This document shows positions 37,571-49,769 of a stretch of 64,000 bases of DNA, one piece after another. Positions within the stretch are counted from its first letter, which is position 1, and each line of letters opens with the position of its first letter. A model generated the notes under the pieces. That model did not search any database and had not been told where the DNA came from. It was given only the letters and a program-made list of their open reading frames with translations. The DNA comes from Heteronotia binoei (lineage: Eukaryota). The position numbers and the translations under genes were made by a program. Location: the NCBI RefSeq assembly GCF_032191835.1, contig NC_083223.1, positions 253,270,001-253,334,000 of the forward strand. Direction: 5' to 3'.

Positions 37571-37960
37571 CTCTCGGCTTGGCTTCGCAAACGAAGATTT
37601 AAAAAGGGTGCAATAGTCCACGTCCGCTGCAGGCTCGCTGGTGGCTGACAAGACCAATGCGGGACAGGCAGGTCCGGCCACAGTGGCTGCAGGGAAAAGT
37701 CTGATTTAGGGTTGGTGCTGTAGCAGTGCGATTCTTCCTCAATCTCCTTTTGTCCTCAAGACCAGCTATGCGTGCGTTCTCAAAGGAAGAGACAGCCTGG
37801 TGGATGGTGTGCCTCCATGCTTTGCGATCTGAGGCTAGGTCAGACCACTGGTGATGGTTGATGCAACAGGTGCCAAGGGATTTCTTCAAGGAGTCCTTGT
37901 ACCTCTTCTTTGGTGCCCCTCTATTTCGATGGCCGGTGGAGAGTTCGCCATACAGGGCAA
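37571..37960 (-). mobile_element. 5'-truncated RTE-clade LINE inserted in the Gypsy 5' LTR
   Basis: About 96% identical to 20426-21137; 11-bp TSD cttatatatat (37560-37570 and 37961-37971). Confidence 0.92.
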
Positions 37961-38443
37961 CTTATATATATATAACCCTCTTAAGGGGACGTACACCACA
38001 GGACTTCAGCAGGATATGATACTGTAGACGTCTACTATTGAAGGCAGCCATTTTCTCCAGGGCAACTGATTTCTGTCATCTAGAGATCATCTGTAATTAC
38101 AGATCTCCTGGCTCCACTTGGGGAGGTTGGCAGTTCCTGCCTTGATCACCATTAAGAGGTGTTAGTATGGACAGTAATCCTGATTACAGCTGGGCAAGTG
38201 GTGGAACTAGCAACTCAGCACACATGCCTGTGTCCAAATCTCCCTATGCCAAGATAATAGGTATGTGTATGTGTATAATTTGTTGGTGCTAATTGGCAGG
38301 AGGGAACTTTACTTAACCCTCTCATGCCTGGCATTTCCTCCTTGAGGCAGAATTCTATTTCTTCAGATCAGTTAATTTTTAATTTCATTTGCTGTCCAAA
38401 TAAAATACTGGTTTCTTAACGTACAAGAATTTGTGACTTGATC

Positions 38444-38641
38444 GGTGGCTCAGTGGTAGAGCATCTGCTTGGTAAGCAGAAGGTCCCAGGTTCAATCCCT
38501 GGCATCTCCAAAAAAGGGTCCAGGCAAATAGGTGTGAAAAACCTCAGCTTGAGACCCTGGAGAGCCGCTGCCAGTCTAAGTAGACAATACTGACTTTGAT
38601 GGACCAAGGGTCTGATTCAGTATAAGGCAGCTTCATATGTC
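38444..38641 (+). mobile_element. SINE with tRNA-Ala-like head and CR1-like tail
   Basis: gctcagtggtagagc...ggttcaatccctggcatctcca head; tail gatggacc...ctgattcagtat...cttcatatgt. Confidence 0.75.
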
Positions 38642-38749
38642 CATATATAAGAATGTTTTATTATTATAATAGTAATTATATTTTTATGTGGGTGTTAATG
38701 ACATTTTTTCACAGAAAATGTTTTTATTCAGAAGGAAAGCAAAATTTAT

Positions 38750-39580
38750 TTATTACTTATTTATTTAGAATTTATATCCCGCCCTTCCCATGAATGGCTC
38801 AGGGCGGCTTCCAATAATGAATCCAACATAAAAATTAAACAATATTTAGTTATGTAAAGGGTTAAACATTTAAAACAGATAAAACAGATAAAACCTTAAA
38901 ACTAATAAATAATCCATATGTATATAAAAGAGATCTGGCAAGTACGTTAGGTTCTCAAGCTAGGTATAGGCTAGCCGGAAGAGGGTCGTCTTACAGGCCC
39001 TGCGGAACTGGACAAGGTCCCGCAGGGCCCTCACCTCTTCCGGCAGCTGATTCCACCATGTAGGGGCCATAACAGAGAAAGCCCTTTCTCTGGTGGATTT
39101 CAAGCGGGCTTCTTTCGGCCCAGGGACAGTAAGGAGATTTTGTGTTCCCGACCTCAGTACTCTCTGGGGAACATGCGGGGAAAGACGGTCCTTCAGGTAG
39201 ACAGGTCCCAAGCCATATAGGGCTTTAAAGGTGATAACCAGCACCTTGTACCGGACCCGGTATATCACTGGAAGCCAGTGCAGGGTCCGAAGGCCCGGCT
39301 GAATGTGTCCCCACTTTGGGAGACCCAGTAACAGCCGGGCAGCGGCATTCTGCACCAGCTGTAATTTCCGAGTTCGGGACAGGGGCAGCCCCATGTAGAG
39401 GGCATTACAGTAGTCCAACCTCGAGGTGACCGTAGCATGGATCACTGTTGCTAGGTCGTCGCACTCCAGGAAGGGGGCCAACTGCCTTGCCTGCCTAAGG
39501 TGAAAAAACGCGGACTTGGCAGCGGCTGCTATCTGAGCCTCCATCGTTAGGGAAGGCTCCAATGCTGTGGGCTGCCTCGT
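38750..39580 (-). mobile_element. L2 LINE 3' fragment with open ORF2 end
   Basis: SRLDYCNALY...LQLVQNAAARL...LHWLPV; 3' end gccgccctgagcc...gggcgggatataaat followed by (taaa)n. Confidence 0.9.
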
Positions 39581-39775
39581 GAAATTTCCCCTTTGCATTA
39601 ATATTTCGCTCATATGATGCTGACTGATGGGGGGGGATGTGAGCTTACAGCTGTGCAGTTTTAAATATGCACATATAATTTCAGAACTTGTAGGCAGTTT
39701 TTGCTTGGTTTTTTAAAGGTGGGTTTTGAGCTTTTTTAAAGCTTGCATGATAAGGCTGTAAAGCACAGCTTAGAT

Positions 39776-40374
39776 CAGGGGTGCCAAACATGCGGCCTGG
39801 GGATTCCGATCAGGCCCCCGAGCAACTGACTGTCATCCTCTTCCTTCTCCCTCTCTCTTGCTTCTTTCTGCATCACAACTTGCTTTGCAAGGCTTGCTCA
39901 ATTGCACAGGAGCTACAGAGCAAAGACTTTGTTTTCTCCGTTGGCTGAGGCTCCTCCCTTGGGAAGGAAGTGGGAAAGGAGAGCTTGCTTTGCCAGACTC
40001 TCACAATTACACAGCAGAGCTACCGAGCCAAGCCTCTCTTCTATTGGCTGAGGCTCCTTCCACTCCTGGTCCTCCAAGGAAGGAAGGAAAGAAAGCGCCA
40101 GAGCATCTTTTGCCCAGTTCCCTGGATCCCATGGTAGAGATACAAAGAAAGCATCTTTAAGACCAATGAGTGCTAATGTTTTAAGCAGGTTTTAAAGTTG
40201 CTTTTTTAATAAAAAAATCTTTAATTGTGATTGTCTGTGTCCTTTATAAAGTTTATATATCTGCTACCTAATCTTACATAGGTACACACACAGCACAGCC
40301 CGACATGGCTCAGCCCAACAAGGTCTCATTTAAGTCAGATGTGGCCCTCACAACAAATGAGTTTGACACCTTTG
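39776..40374. mobile_element. About 600-bp hAT MITE
   Basis: TIR caggggtg(c/t)caaac; TSD gcttagat/gctcagat. Confidence 0.85.
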
Positions 40375-40998
40375 GCTCAGATGGCTTTTTGTTTTAAAAA
40401 GTGGGCAAGGTTCAAGATAATGTCTAGTTTCTCAGCATTAAAATTAGGAGATCTGGGAGATCCAGGTTGGAATCCCCCACTCTGCTGTGGGAAGCTCTCT
40501 AGGTGACCTTGGGCCACTTGCTCTCATCCTAGTGTACCTCTCAGGGTTGCTGTGAGGATAACATGAAGAAGGGAAGAAAACTGTTATAAAATGTTCCTGG
40601 GCCCCTGTGGGGGGAAAAAGTCCAGTATACATAGTTAAATTTTTACATCCAGAAAGGTTTACCACTGAAGTGTGCCCTGACCAGGATAGCTCAGGTTAGC
40701 TCCATCCTGGAAGCTAAGCAAGGTTAGCCTTGGCTAGTATTTTGAAGCGCAAACACCAAGTAATATTTATTTTGTCAAATTTATATCCCGCCCTCCCCTA
40801 ATGGGCTCAGGGTCTTGACACAGAGGCAGGCTATGGCAAACCACCTCTGAAACATCTCTTGCCTTAAAAACAAGTCGAGCTTGCCACTTAGTGGTGCATA
40901 ACACCTAAAAGAGCTAGAACATCTGGCTGCCAGACAATCTTAGGATCTCCTGGCTATTCTACACACAATGCCATAAGATAATTAATTACCACTGAAGT

Positions 40999-41083
40999 AA
41001 TTGCACTGAAGAACTATTGCACCCTTCTTAAATCTTCTTAAATCTTCGTTCGCGAAGCCAAGCCGAGAGAGAGAGAGAGAGAG
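40999..41083 (+). mobile_element. Ultra-short 3' end of the same RTE family
   Basis: actattgcacc...aaatcttcgttcgcgaagccaagcc(ga)n; 11-bp TSD accactgaagt. Confidence 0.8.
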
Positions 41084-41877
41084 ACCACTGAAGTGGGGAA
41101 GAACAGGGATTATTCAGTGAGGGCGCCCCACCCTTGATTTCTGCAAAAGGCTCTGTTTTGATTAGAGAGGGGACATGCTTGGTACAGAGCCCCATCAGGT
41201 GTGCTGTTCTGAAAGCATCTAATTATGGCCCATTTCTGGAAGTGATATAGTTATACCACCATTGTGTGGTTTTACTGAACTGCTTATGTATTGAACTGTA
41301 GTTTTGAGCACCCTGTCTTTATGCTGAGAAGCAAGGTAGGAATCTCTCAATCCAAAACAAATTTTGGGTGACCAGAAGGCCCATCAAGCCCATCATCTCA
41401 TTTCCTCCAGTGACTAACCAGGTGCCCAAGAGCAGAGCATGAAGGCAGCAAGCCCTCCTATTGCACATCAGCTGTCGCCCCAGGAACTGGTATTCAGGCA
41501 CCCCGATGTTGTCGCTTACCCTCAAATGGTCCCGTTGCAGTTGATCAGCAGGCAGGGCAGAATTGGCTGTCCCTTGTGGAGGGTGATTAGAAGAAAGCAG
41601 TAAAGCTTAAGGAGATGCAACTTGGTAGAGGGGAGGCAAATTGGGAATTTTCAAGAAAGAATGTTCAAGATTGGGTTTTACTTATTCAAAGTCTAGAAAT
41701 GCATCACATGAAGAATTTTTTTTAAATGTAGGACAGTCAACAGCAGAACTTCATGTGTATCCTGTAGGCATCTCCCGGAGTTAAATCCTTCTGTGCCCAT
41801 TAAGTTCAGTGAACTCATGATCCCGAATGTATTTAAGTACCTAAAAAGGAGCAGACAGGATTTTCTTTGCTTGCGAG

Positions 41878-42140
41878 AGCCAGTTTGGTGTAGTGGTTAA
41901 GTGTGTGGATTCGATTCTGGGAGAACCGGGTTTGATTCTCCACTCTTCCACTTGCAGCTGCTGGAATGGCCTTGGGTTAGCCATAGCTCTGGCAGAGGTT
42001 GTCCTTGAAAGGGCAGCTTTTGTATGAACTCTCTCAGCCCCACCCACCTCACAGGGTGTCTGTTGTGGGGGGAGAAGATACAGGAGATTGTAAGCCGCTC
42101 TGATTCAGAGAGAAGGGCAGGGTATAAATCTGCAGTCTTC
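41878..42140 (+). mobile_element. Young Squam3-like SINE
   Basis: A and B boxes; internal gcagaggttgtccttgaaagggcagc segment; L2-type tail. Confidence 0.85.
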
Positions 42141-44736
42141 TTCAGTTTGTTGCTTGTCTTCAGTAGGCTTTCGGTTAGTTGACAGAGAGACAAGAATCAG
42201 CATACCCTGAATCTGCTGTCATCTTGACCTGGCCGCTTGTGGTCAGTCAGCCCTTTCCCCTCTTCTCAAAGGACTGAATCACAGACAATTGGCTACAAAA
42301 AAATAATCAGCTTCTTGCCCAGCTTTGCTTGAGGATGGAAAAGCAGGGGTTGGGATTTTTTTTTGCAAAAGTCTTGTTGCTGTGAGTAGTAATGCCTTTG
42401 AGGAGAAAGCCTCATAACTGCAAAAGCTAAGATCTATGTGCTTTGGCTAGTCTAAGGTACAGTGGGGTGTGTGTGTGTAGTGGCTAGGATCTGGGAGAAT
42501 GAGATCCAAATCTCCAGTCTGCTATGGAAGCTCACCGGGGACCTTGGGCACTCACTCGCAGCCTAAGCTACCTCACAGGCTTGTTATGAGGGAAAAATGA
42601 AAGAAAGGAGAATGATACTGTGTGCCGCTTTGGGGCCCCTGTTGGGACCCAATACAGCAAAATAGCTCTCTTGCTTTCTGTGACTGGGTTTGAACATGTT
42701 TGAACAAAATTAAGGCATTTATACTTTTAAATTTCATCACTATACTAAGTAAAGCAATTTTGTATGCTTTGTTATGAACAAAATCAGTTTATGGTTTTAA
42801 AAGCACTTAGCTAGGTATAGTTTGGTATAGATTTTCTGTTTTTTCCCTGGGGAAGGGACAGATTCCCCCAGTGACTTAAAAACTTCTGGAAGGTTTACGT
42901 TTCTACTTGTTAGTAATCCTCTTCTTCTGTGGATGGTATATTGGGGTCACCATAAGTTATTTCTTGCAGTGCACAGTTTGGGGAATAACTGGTTTAAAAA
43001 ACTTCCAAGTGCCTTTTTAAAATCACTTTTAGGTGGTTTAGTAATCATTCAGTCCAACAGGCCAAGTTTGAGGATGGTCCTATGTGTCCCTGAAGTAGAA
43101 TGTTTGTGTCAGGGCTGCTGCTCTTGGGGGGAGGGTGTCACTTGCCTTCATATTCTTCCACACAAACAAACAAAAAATAAAAATAAACCTGGCATGTAAA
43201 ACTTAGTATATCATTGAGAAAGTTGGTCCAGAATGCATCTCTCAAATAGGGTAATTCTCTGTGTGCAAGGACAGGTTTTGATACGGAGGCAGGAGCATTG
43301 AGTCATGGGAGGTTAATTCCTTCTTCTCGGGACTTGGCCTGACATTTCAAGGGTCTTCAAGGAAAAGACTGAAGTCTCCGGGTGGTGATGATGGGGAGAG
43401 GGGACACAGAACGAAGGGGGCAGAGTATTTGCTTTATTGATTAACCTCATTGACATCTTCCCATTCTCCCCAAAATGGGATCCAGGTCAGCAACTTAACA
43501 TCATTATCCTCTCTTTCATTTTATCCCCAGAACAACTCCACAAGGTAGATCAGGCTGAGTGTGTATGACTGGCCCAAGGTCACCCAGTGAGTTCCCATAA
43601 CAGAGTGGGGATTTGAACCTGGCAGATCTTAGTTGGAAACTCTTAACACCGCAGTGGCTTGGTTTGAGAGCTTTGTATTAGAACTGCTGACTGTGGATCC
43701 ATCAAGCTTCACCCTTGAGCACCAGGCACTTTTACATACTTCTGCTAACATATCAGGTGGCATTTTTTCCCTGGGGTCATCAGGTGCCTTCTCTGATCCT
43801 CATGGGTACTTCTTGGCTCTGCCTCACATCCAGTTCCAACCTTGAGCTAGGAGGCCCTACCTGTTTATCCTCAGGATCCTTTCTGTTGAATCTCTGAGGT
43901 CCTTGCCGTCTTACATGTGAGCCTCCTCTCCCCACTTTGCAGTCTGAAATAGTACCACCTAGAACAGGCTTACCACATCCAGTGAAATCTAGGCCTTAAA
44001 CTAGGGTGTCATGTGTGTCCCCCAAGCAGTAATGTCAGATTCCAAGAATGATATCACAACAATGAAGTGCATGGGGGCAGGACATTCACATTCTTGCTCA
44101 ACTGTCCCAAATTTATTGAGGTGGCTTTTCCTCCAGTATACATAAGAAGAGCCCTCAGGGCTAGGCAACCTTAGGCAGTCACCTGGGGTGGCAGCTCTTT
44201 TGGGGGGGCTGCATTGGGCACTCCCCTTGTGACTGTGTGGCATGAGGATGGGCAGCCAGTGTGGGGAAAGACCACCATTGCTTCGCCCAGTGCCAGTTGC
44301 CCAGCCCTGCTGGGGCATGCCAAGTGGGGTTGGGTGCCTCAGACTTGCATGCTGCCGCTGCCCCCAAACAAAGGCGGGGCAGGCTGCTGCCCAAAGGAAG
44401 GAGATGGAGCACCCAGCCAGCCGGAGGGAGGCAGCCTCATTGCTGCCGGGCCTGCCGCGCTGCCAGCCATGCCTGCCGCCACTGCCTCCTCCTGCTTGCC
44501 ATGATGAAGAGCAGTTGCTTCCCTCCTTTTAACAGGAGAGCTTCTTTCAGCTGCAGCTACAGGCCTGCCAAATATAACATTGGCTGCCCAGAAAAGGCAA
44601 GGGTTTGAGTTCCCTCCCTTCGTCACACACACAATTTCAGCATTGGCTACCTCAGCTGCTGCTGCTGCTTTCAGACTACTTTCTTCTTTGTGGTTTAGAC
44701 TGAGGAAACCCCTCAGCTCAGTCAGCCCTTGTACTG

Positions 44737-45015
44737 TTTGGTGTAGTGGTTAAGTGTGCGGACTCTTTATCTGGGAGAACCAGGTTTGATTCCCCCCTCC
44801 TCCACTTGCACCTGCTGGAATGGCCTTGGGTCAGCCATAGCTCTGGCAGAGTTGTCCTTGACAGGACAGCTGCTGTGAGAGTCCTCTCCAGCCCTACCCA
44901 CCTCACAGGGTGTCTGCTGTGGGGGAGGAAGGTAAAGGAGATTGTGAGCGGCTCTGAGACTCTGAAATTCGGAGTGGAGGGCAGGATATAAATCCAATAT
45001 CTTCATCATCATCTT
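44737..45015 (+). mobile_element. Young Squam3-like SINE
   Basis: Same family as 41878. Confidence 0.85.
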
Positions 45016-46377
45016 CTACTGCATGGCTCCAGCTTCCTGCCTGCCTTGCCTGAATGGCGGGCGTAGTAGGAACAAGGCAGGCTGAAGAGGGAGGCACCTC
45101 TTGGGACCGGCTCATCTGGGTGTGCAAACACTAGCCGCCGAAGGTGTGTTTGCTTGGGATTTGCTTTTTGATCCTTTCTCTCCACCAGTTAGTTAAGAAT
45201 GTGCAATTGTTGTGACCAAGCATGCAGAAACTAGCCAAAGCAAAAGTGTGGGAACTGGGTGGGATTTAAGAAGTGCCTGCATCCAGGAGCAGCTGATTGG
45301 GTAGCATCACTGCTGCTCCTGCTGGGGAGCCTCCCTCTTCCACTTTTCCACCTATTAGTAAGCCTCTTCTTCTGTGGAAGGCATATTGGGGTCACCATAA
45401 GTTATTTCTTGCCGTTATTTCTGCAGCAGTCTCGGCTGGTGAGTTGGCTGCCCGCCCACCAGAACCCATGTGGGAGAAGGGTCAGCGGTGCCTCCCCTGG
45501 CACAGATTCCCTGCCTTTCCAGACCCTGAAGAGCTGCCCGACCAGTGTGTCCTCATGTGGAACTACTCCCAGAGTGCTGGGGCTCCTTGGGACTTTGTCT
45601 TTCCTGGGCCAGGGAGGGCTAGGGGGAGGGGAGCACGCGGCCAGCCCAAAAGCCTGTGCTGCTGGCCCTGAGAGCTCTGTTGGATCAGACCAGTGGTCCA
45701 TCATCCAGTCCAGCATCCTGTTTCACTCAGTAGCCAGCCAGTCACCCTCTGGGTTGGGAAATTCCTAGAGATTTTGGGGGTGGAGCTTGAGGAAGGCAGG
45801 GTTTGTGAGCCTTGGGGAGGGCGGGGTTTCACTGTATTGAAGTTAGCTGTGCTTAACAAATGAATAAAATATGACTCGGATTAGGCCGCACAGGAAGGCT
45901 TTCTTATCTGTGCTTCTGTAATAGGTAGGGTTCAGCATCATCACACCGAAACAGGACGCAAAACCCCTTGTATTTGGGGTCAGCTGTTACAGATTAGGGA
46001 TTAAGGGAATAAGCTGTGATCCAAGAGACCTCTGTTTCCTGTTGCAGTTCGTTCCGTGGACTTGGCCATGCCACTGTCTCAGAATCCCGGCTGGGCCAAA
46101 ATGTTTTTGTACACCCAGGCTGTTGACTGAATTTTTTATCCCCTTTCTTGTTCTCTCTCCCCACCACCACTCTCTCTTCACGCTCTTGCCTTTATGCTGA
46201 TGCTAGTCGTTGCTGTTTTAGTTCACTGCGTTTTCATTTATACTAATTGTGACATATGTAAAAGTTTAAACTATTATTCATTACTTTCATAATTTCCTGC
46301 AGAGATGTAGCTTCATTCTGACTCTGCCAGAGCCCAGTCTCATGTTCCTGGACTGCCATGAGGCTATCACTCTAAGG

Positions 46378-46973
46378 CAGGGGTGTCAAATTCGTTTTGT
46401 TATGAGGGCCAAATCTGACATAAATGAGACCTTGTTGGGCTGAGCCATGTCAGGCCAGGCCATGTATGTTCCTATTTAAGATTAGGTAGCAGAGATAATA
46501 ACTTTATAAAGGACACAAACACAATTAAAGATTTTTTAAAAACTTAAAAGCATGCTTAAAACATTGGCACTTGTTGGTCTTAAAGGTGCTTTCTTTGTAT
46601 TTCTTCCTTGGGACTCTGGGAACTGGGCAAATGAAGCTCTGACTCTTTCCTTCCTTCCCCAGGGAGCAGGAGGGGAAGGAGCCTCAGCTAATAATAGGAA
46701 GAGAGGCTTGGCTCAGTAGCTCTGCTGTGCAGTTGAGAGAGCCTGGCAAAGCAAGCTCTCCCCCCCCTTCTTCCCCAAGGGAGGAGTCTCAACCAATAGA
46801 GAAAATAGAGACTTTACTCCTGCGTGATTGAGCAAGCCTTGCAAAGCAAGCTGTTATGCAGAAGGAAGCAAGATAGAGGGAGAAGGAAGCAGATGACAGC
46901 CAGTTGCTCGGGGGCCTGATAGGAACCTTCTGGGGCCTGATTTGGCCCCTGGGCCACATGTTTGACACCCCTT
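46378..46973. mobile_element. Same family as 39776-40374, opposite orientation
   Basis: TSD ctctaagg/ttctaagg; body is the reverse complement of the other copy. Confidence 0.85.
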
Positions 46974-47766
46974 TTCTAAGGACTAGCAACCTTTTTTGTG
47001 AGTGAGCTTAGTGTCTGTATGTCTAATTGAGTGACCCTCCAGTTTTCAGTGTTGCGAGGGAGGGGGAGAAAATTCTTTCTTTACATCATTCATAGACCTC
47101 TTTCAAACTTTTTAATATTTTTTAATTTATGTCTAACCCGCCTTTCTCATGGGTAAAGCAGTTCACATGGTGTAAAACGATGAAGTCAAACAGTGCAAGA
47201 GATCTCATTGGCAACTCACTATGACTAGGATTGAAAAAACTAGAAACAATGCAAAAGAAAGTATTAGGTGTGGTACGTCGATGCTGAAAGTGAGGTTACA
47301 AAAGTAGAAAACAGCAGTAAGAGCAGAATTATAATACAGCAAACAAAGAATACATATCACATGCAGTGATGTAGACTGCTGTTTCCCTTTATACAAATGC
47401 TTTTCTGAACCATTCCATTATATTATCAATCCCCGTTCAGTCATTCCCCCCCCCCCCCCTTAAAGGCACCACACTCTTCAGCTTTCCCTGTTTGGAAGGT
47501 TTTCCTTAAACTCTTAATCACGGGGTGGAAATGAGGATTGTAGTTTTTGTGTTAATATGACTGTAGAATCAGGGGGTGGGTGTCGATTCTCTGTTAATTG
47601 TGAAATGGTGATCTTCTCTCTGTATGGGTGGGTGTGAGATCCCCAAAGGCTTCTGCTTTGAATGCCAGAGGCTGACAGAAACACTGCAGTTGGCCTGGCC
47701 TTGGGCTTGGGGGCTGCCGCTCCAAAACCACGCATTTCTAACACTGTCTGTTCTCATCTTTTTTAG

Positions 47767-48232
47767 CACATGGTTATGAGCTTTAGAGTGTCGGAGCTGC
47801 AGGTGCTTCTGGGTTTTGCGGGCAGGAACAAGAGCGGACGGAAGCATGAGTTGCTCACCAAGGCCTTGCAGCTGCTGAAGTCCGGCTGCAGTCCAGCCGT
47901 TCAGATGAAAATCAAGGAGTTGTACCGGCGACGGTTCCCCCGGAAGATCCTGACCCCCTCTGACTTATCCATGCTCCACCTCCAGACAGGACAGCTGCCC
48001 TCGGCCACAGCGCTGACTCAGGGCGCCATGTGCCACTTGCCCTACAATAATGGATCGGTGACTTCCACTGTGCCGGCTGGTATGTTGCCCCCGGTGCCTA
48101 TGTTGGGACCCAAACACGAGACGGATGTTCCGCACTTGTCGCCCCCCATTCATCCGGTCCACCCTGATGTCAAAATGAGGCGGTTACCCTTCTATGATGT
48201 GTATGATGAACTCATCAAACCTACCACGCTAG
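47767..48232 (+). CDS. PIAS3: PIAS3 exon 2: SAP domain with LxxLL, linker and start of PINIT domain
   Basis: ttttag|CAC acceptor; branch-like ttctaac at 47736; HMVMSFRVSELQVLLGFAGRNKSGRKHELL...PFYDVYDELIKPTTL; G|gtatgt donor; 466 bp. Confidence 0.97.
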
Positions 48233-49769
48233 GTATGTCTGCTAAACTCTTTTCTGAAAATCCATTCTCCCTTCCTTGTTTCCCCCTGCTGTCTGTAGAT
48301 TGAAGTGTTGATTTGGTGGAGTCAGAAGGAAAGAGTTCTGTACAACTCAGAAGTGTATTAGTCTCAGAAAAACATATTGGCTGGAACTGTTGGGAGGAGC
48401 ATCGCTTAGTTCATAATCTGGAACCAGAGAGCAGCAGCATTTTTTCAGGATTCAGAGGGGATAGGGAGATATTTCAGGGGAGGAGTTGAGGCCTATAGCA
48501 ATGCTCAGAGACTCTCTCTTGGAGATTTTTAAGGAATGGACTTGTGAGACCTTGTTCCTTCGGGCTCCTGGGAAAACCTTGCAACTGTCCCAAGCTCCAC
48601 TTGCCAACACCACCTGTTTCCTTCTTTGTTTTTTTTTTTAATTTACCAAAACAAACAAAATAGTAGCTACTGCCACCAGAGTATCTCCAGCCTGATGGAC
48701 TTGCACATCCAGCACCCTACCTGCATTGCCATTTAGAGTCTCCACCTACTTGCGACATCTCTTCCTTCACTCCTGTGAGCAAGTACAGGGACAATTAATT
48801 GCGCTTTTGCAATTTTGAGCTGCCATGCTCAAAGGATGGCACATTTACCAGCTGCCACTTCCTATTACCACATTTCAGATAGCAAGATTGCATGGGCGTG
48901 GTGTGTTTACAGATCTCCAGCAGAGCATTCAGCTTATAAGAAAGTTTAATAAACAAAAATTAAAAAAGCAATATGTGGTCTGTTGCAAGCATCAGGCTTG
49001 AACAGACCATGCTTAACAGTGTTCAGTCAGGGCAAGCTAGTATTTCTTGAAGTCTCAGTAGTTTAAAGTTCAGTATTAACTTAATTCTCAAAGTTGGGTT
49101 TTCTCCCTGTTGCTTCATAGGCAAAGTGGTAAAGACATAGGTAAAGACGTAGTTCAGCATGGCTTGTGCCTCCTTGGTCAGGAGCCGTAAGATCAGAGAG
49201 AGTTTCCTTGTCATGTCTGGAAGATTTATAATCTGCCTGTGGAGAGTCTGTGTGGAGGTTTCCATATTGAGAGAAACAGCTTTACTTTCTAGCCATTTGG
49301 CCATCTTTTCCCTGAGGTGTGACATTCTAGCAAGGTGTGAGATGGCAAACACTTTATTGGTGCACCATTAGCATAACTAAGAGATTGAGAGCTTTGTGTT
49401 TGAATCATTCCGTGTTCTGTGCCAGCTACAGATTTGCAGAGGGGTTTATGTGACATGGATACAATCAGGGTGAATTAGAGGGTGGAGGGCACTTCTCCAT
49501 GGAGGGTTTTTTGCATGCCTCTCAGACATAACTTCAGGGAAGCTCAAAAAGGCACTATTAAAAAGACTTTTTACGGTAAATAGTCTGTAAATGGTCAATA
49601 TTATAAAAGCAAAGAAATGAAATAAATTACAGTAGTTTGTCTGAGTGGGTGCAGATTGTTTAATTCAGGAAGATAATTTCAAGAAAAGAACAATTTCAAG
49701 AAAAGAACAAAATGTGTGCCTGTGACAAATGTCTCCAAACCAGAAATGCCCTCCACCCTCAGAACTGAA

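Larger units (their letters stand above)
32262..38000 (-). mobile_element. Degraded Ty3/Gypsy LTR retrotransposon with both LTRs
   Basis: TG..CA LTRs at 32262-32434 and 37421-38000; PBS-like TGGCGAC at 37417-37411; PPT aagggggaga next to the 3' LTR; near-TSD ggacc/ggact; gag CCHC knuckles, protease LDTGS, RT WVSPIVVVRKKDG, RNase H TTDASD, then integrase DIVGPF/SDNG/ERFN (PR-RT-RH-INT order); many frameshifts. Confidence 0.93.

Noticed and set aside
38444-38510. tRNA-Ala gene (also 59167, 58255, 30300)
   Set aside because: The acceptor stem is incomplete and the sequence continues into a shared SINE body, so these are SINE heads.
48690-49370. Coding exon or gene on the minus strand (109-aa ORF)
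   Set aside because: No splice context; at best an old LINE C-terminal remnant that I cannot classify.
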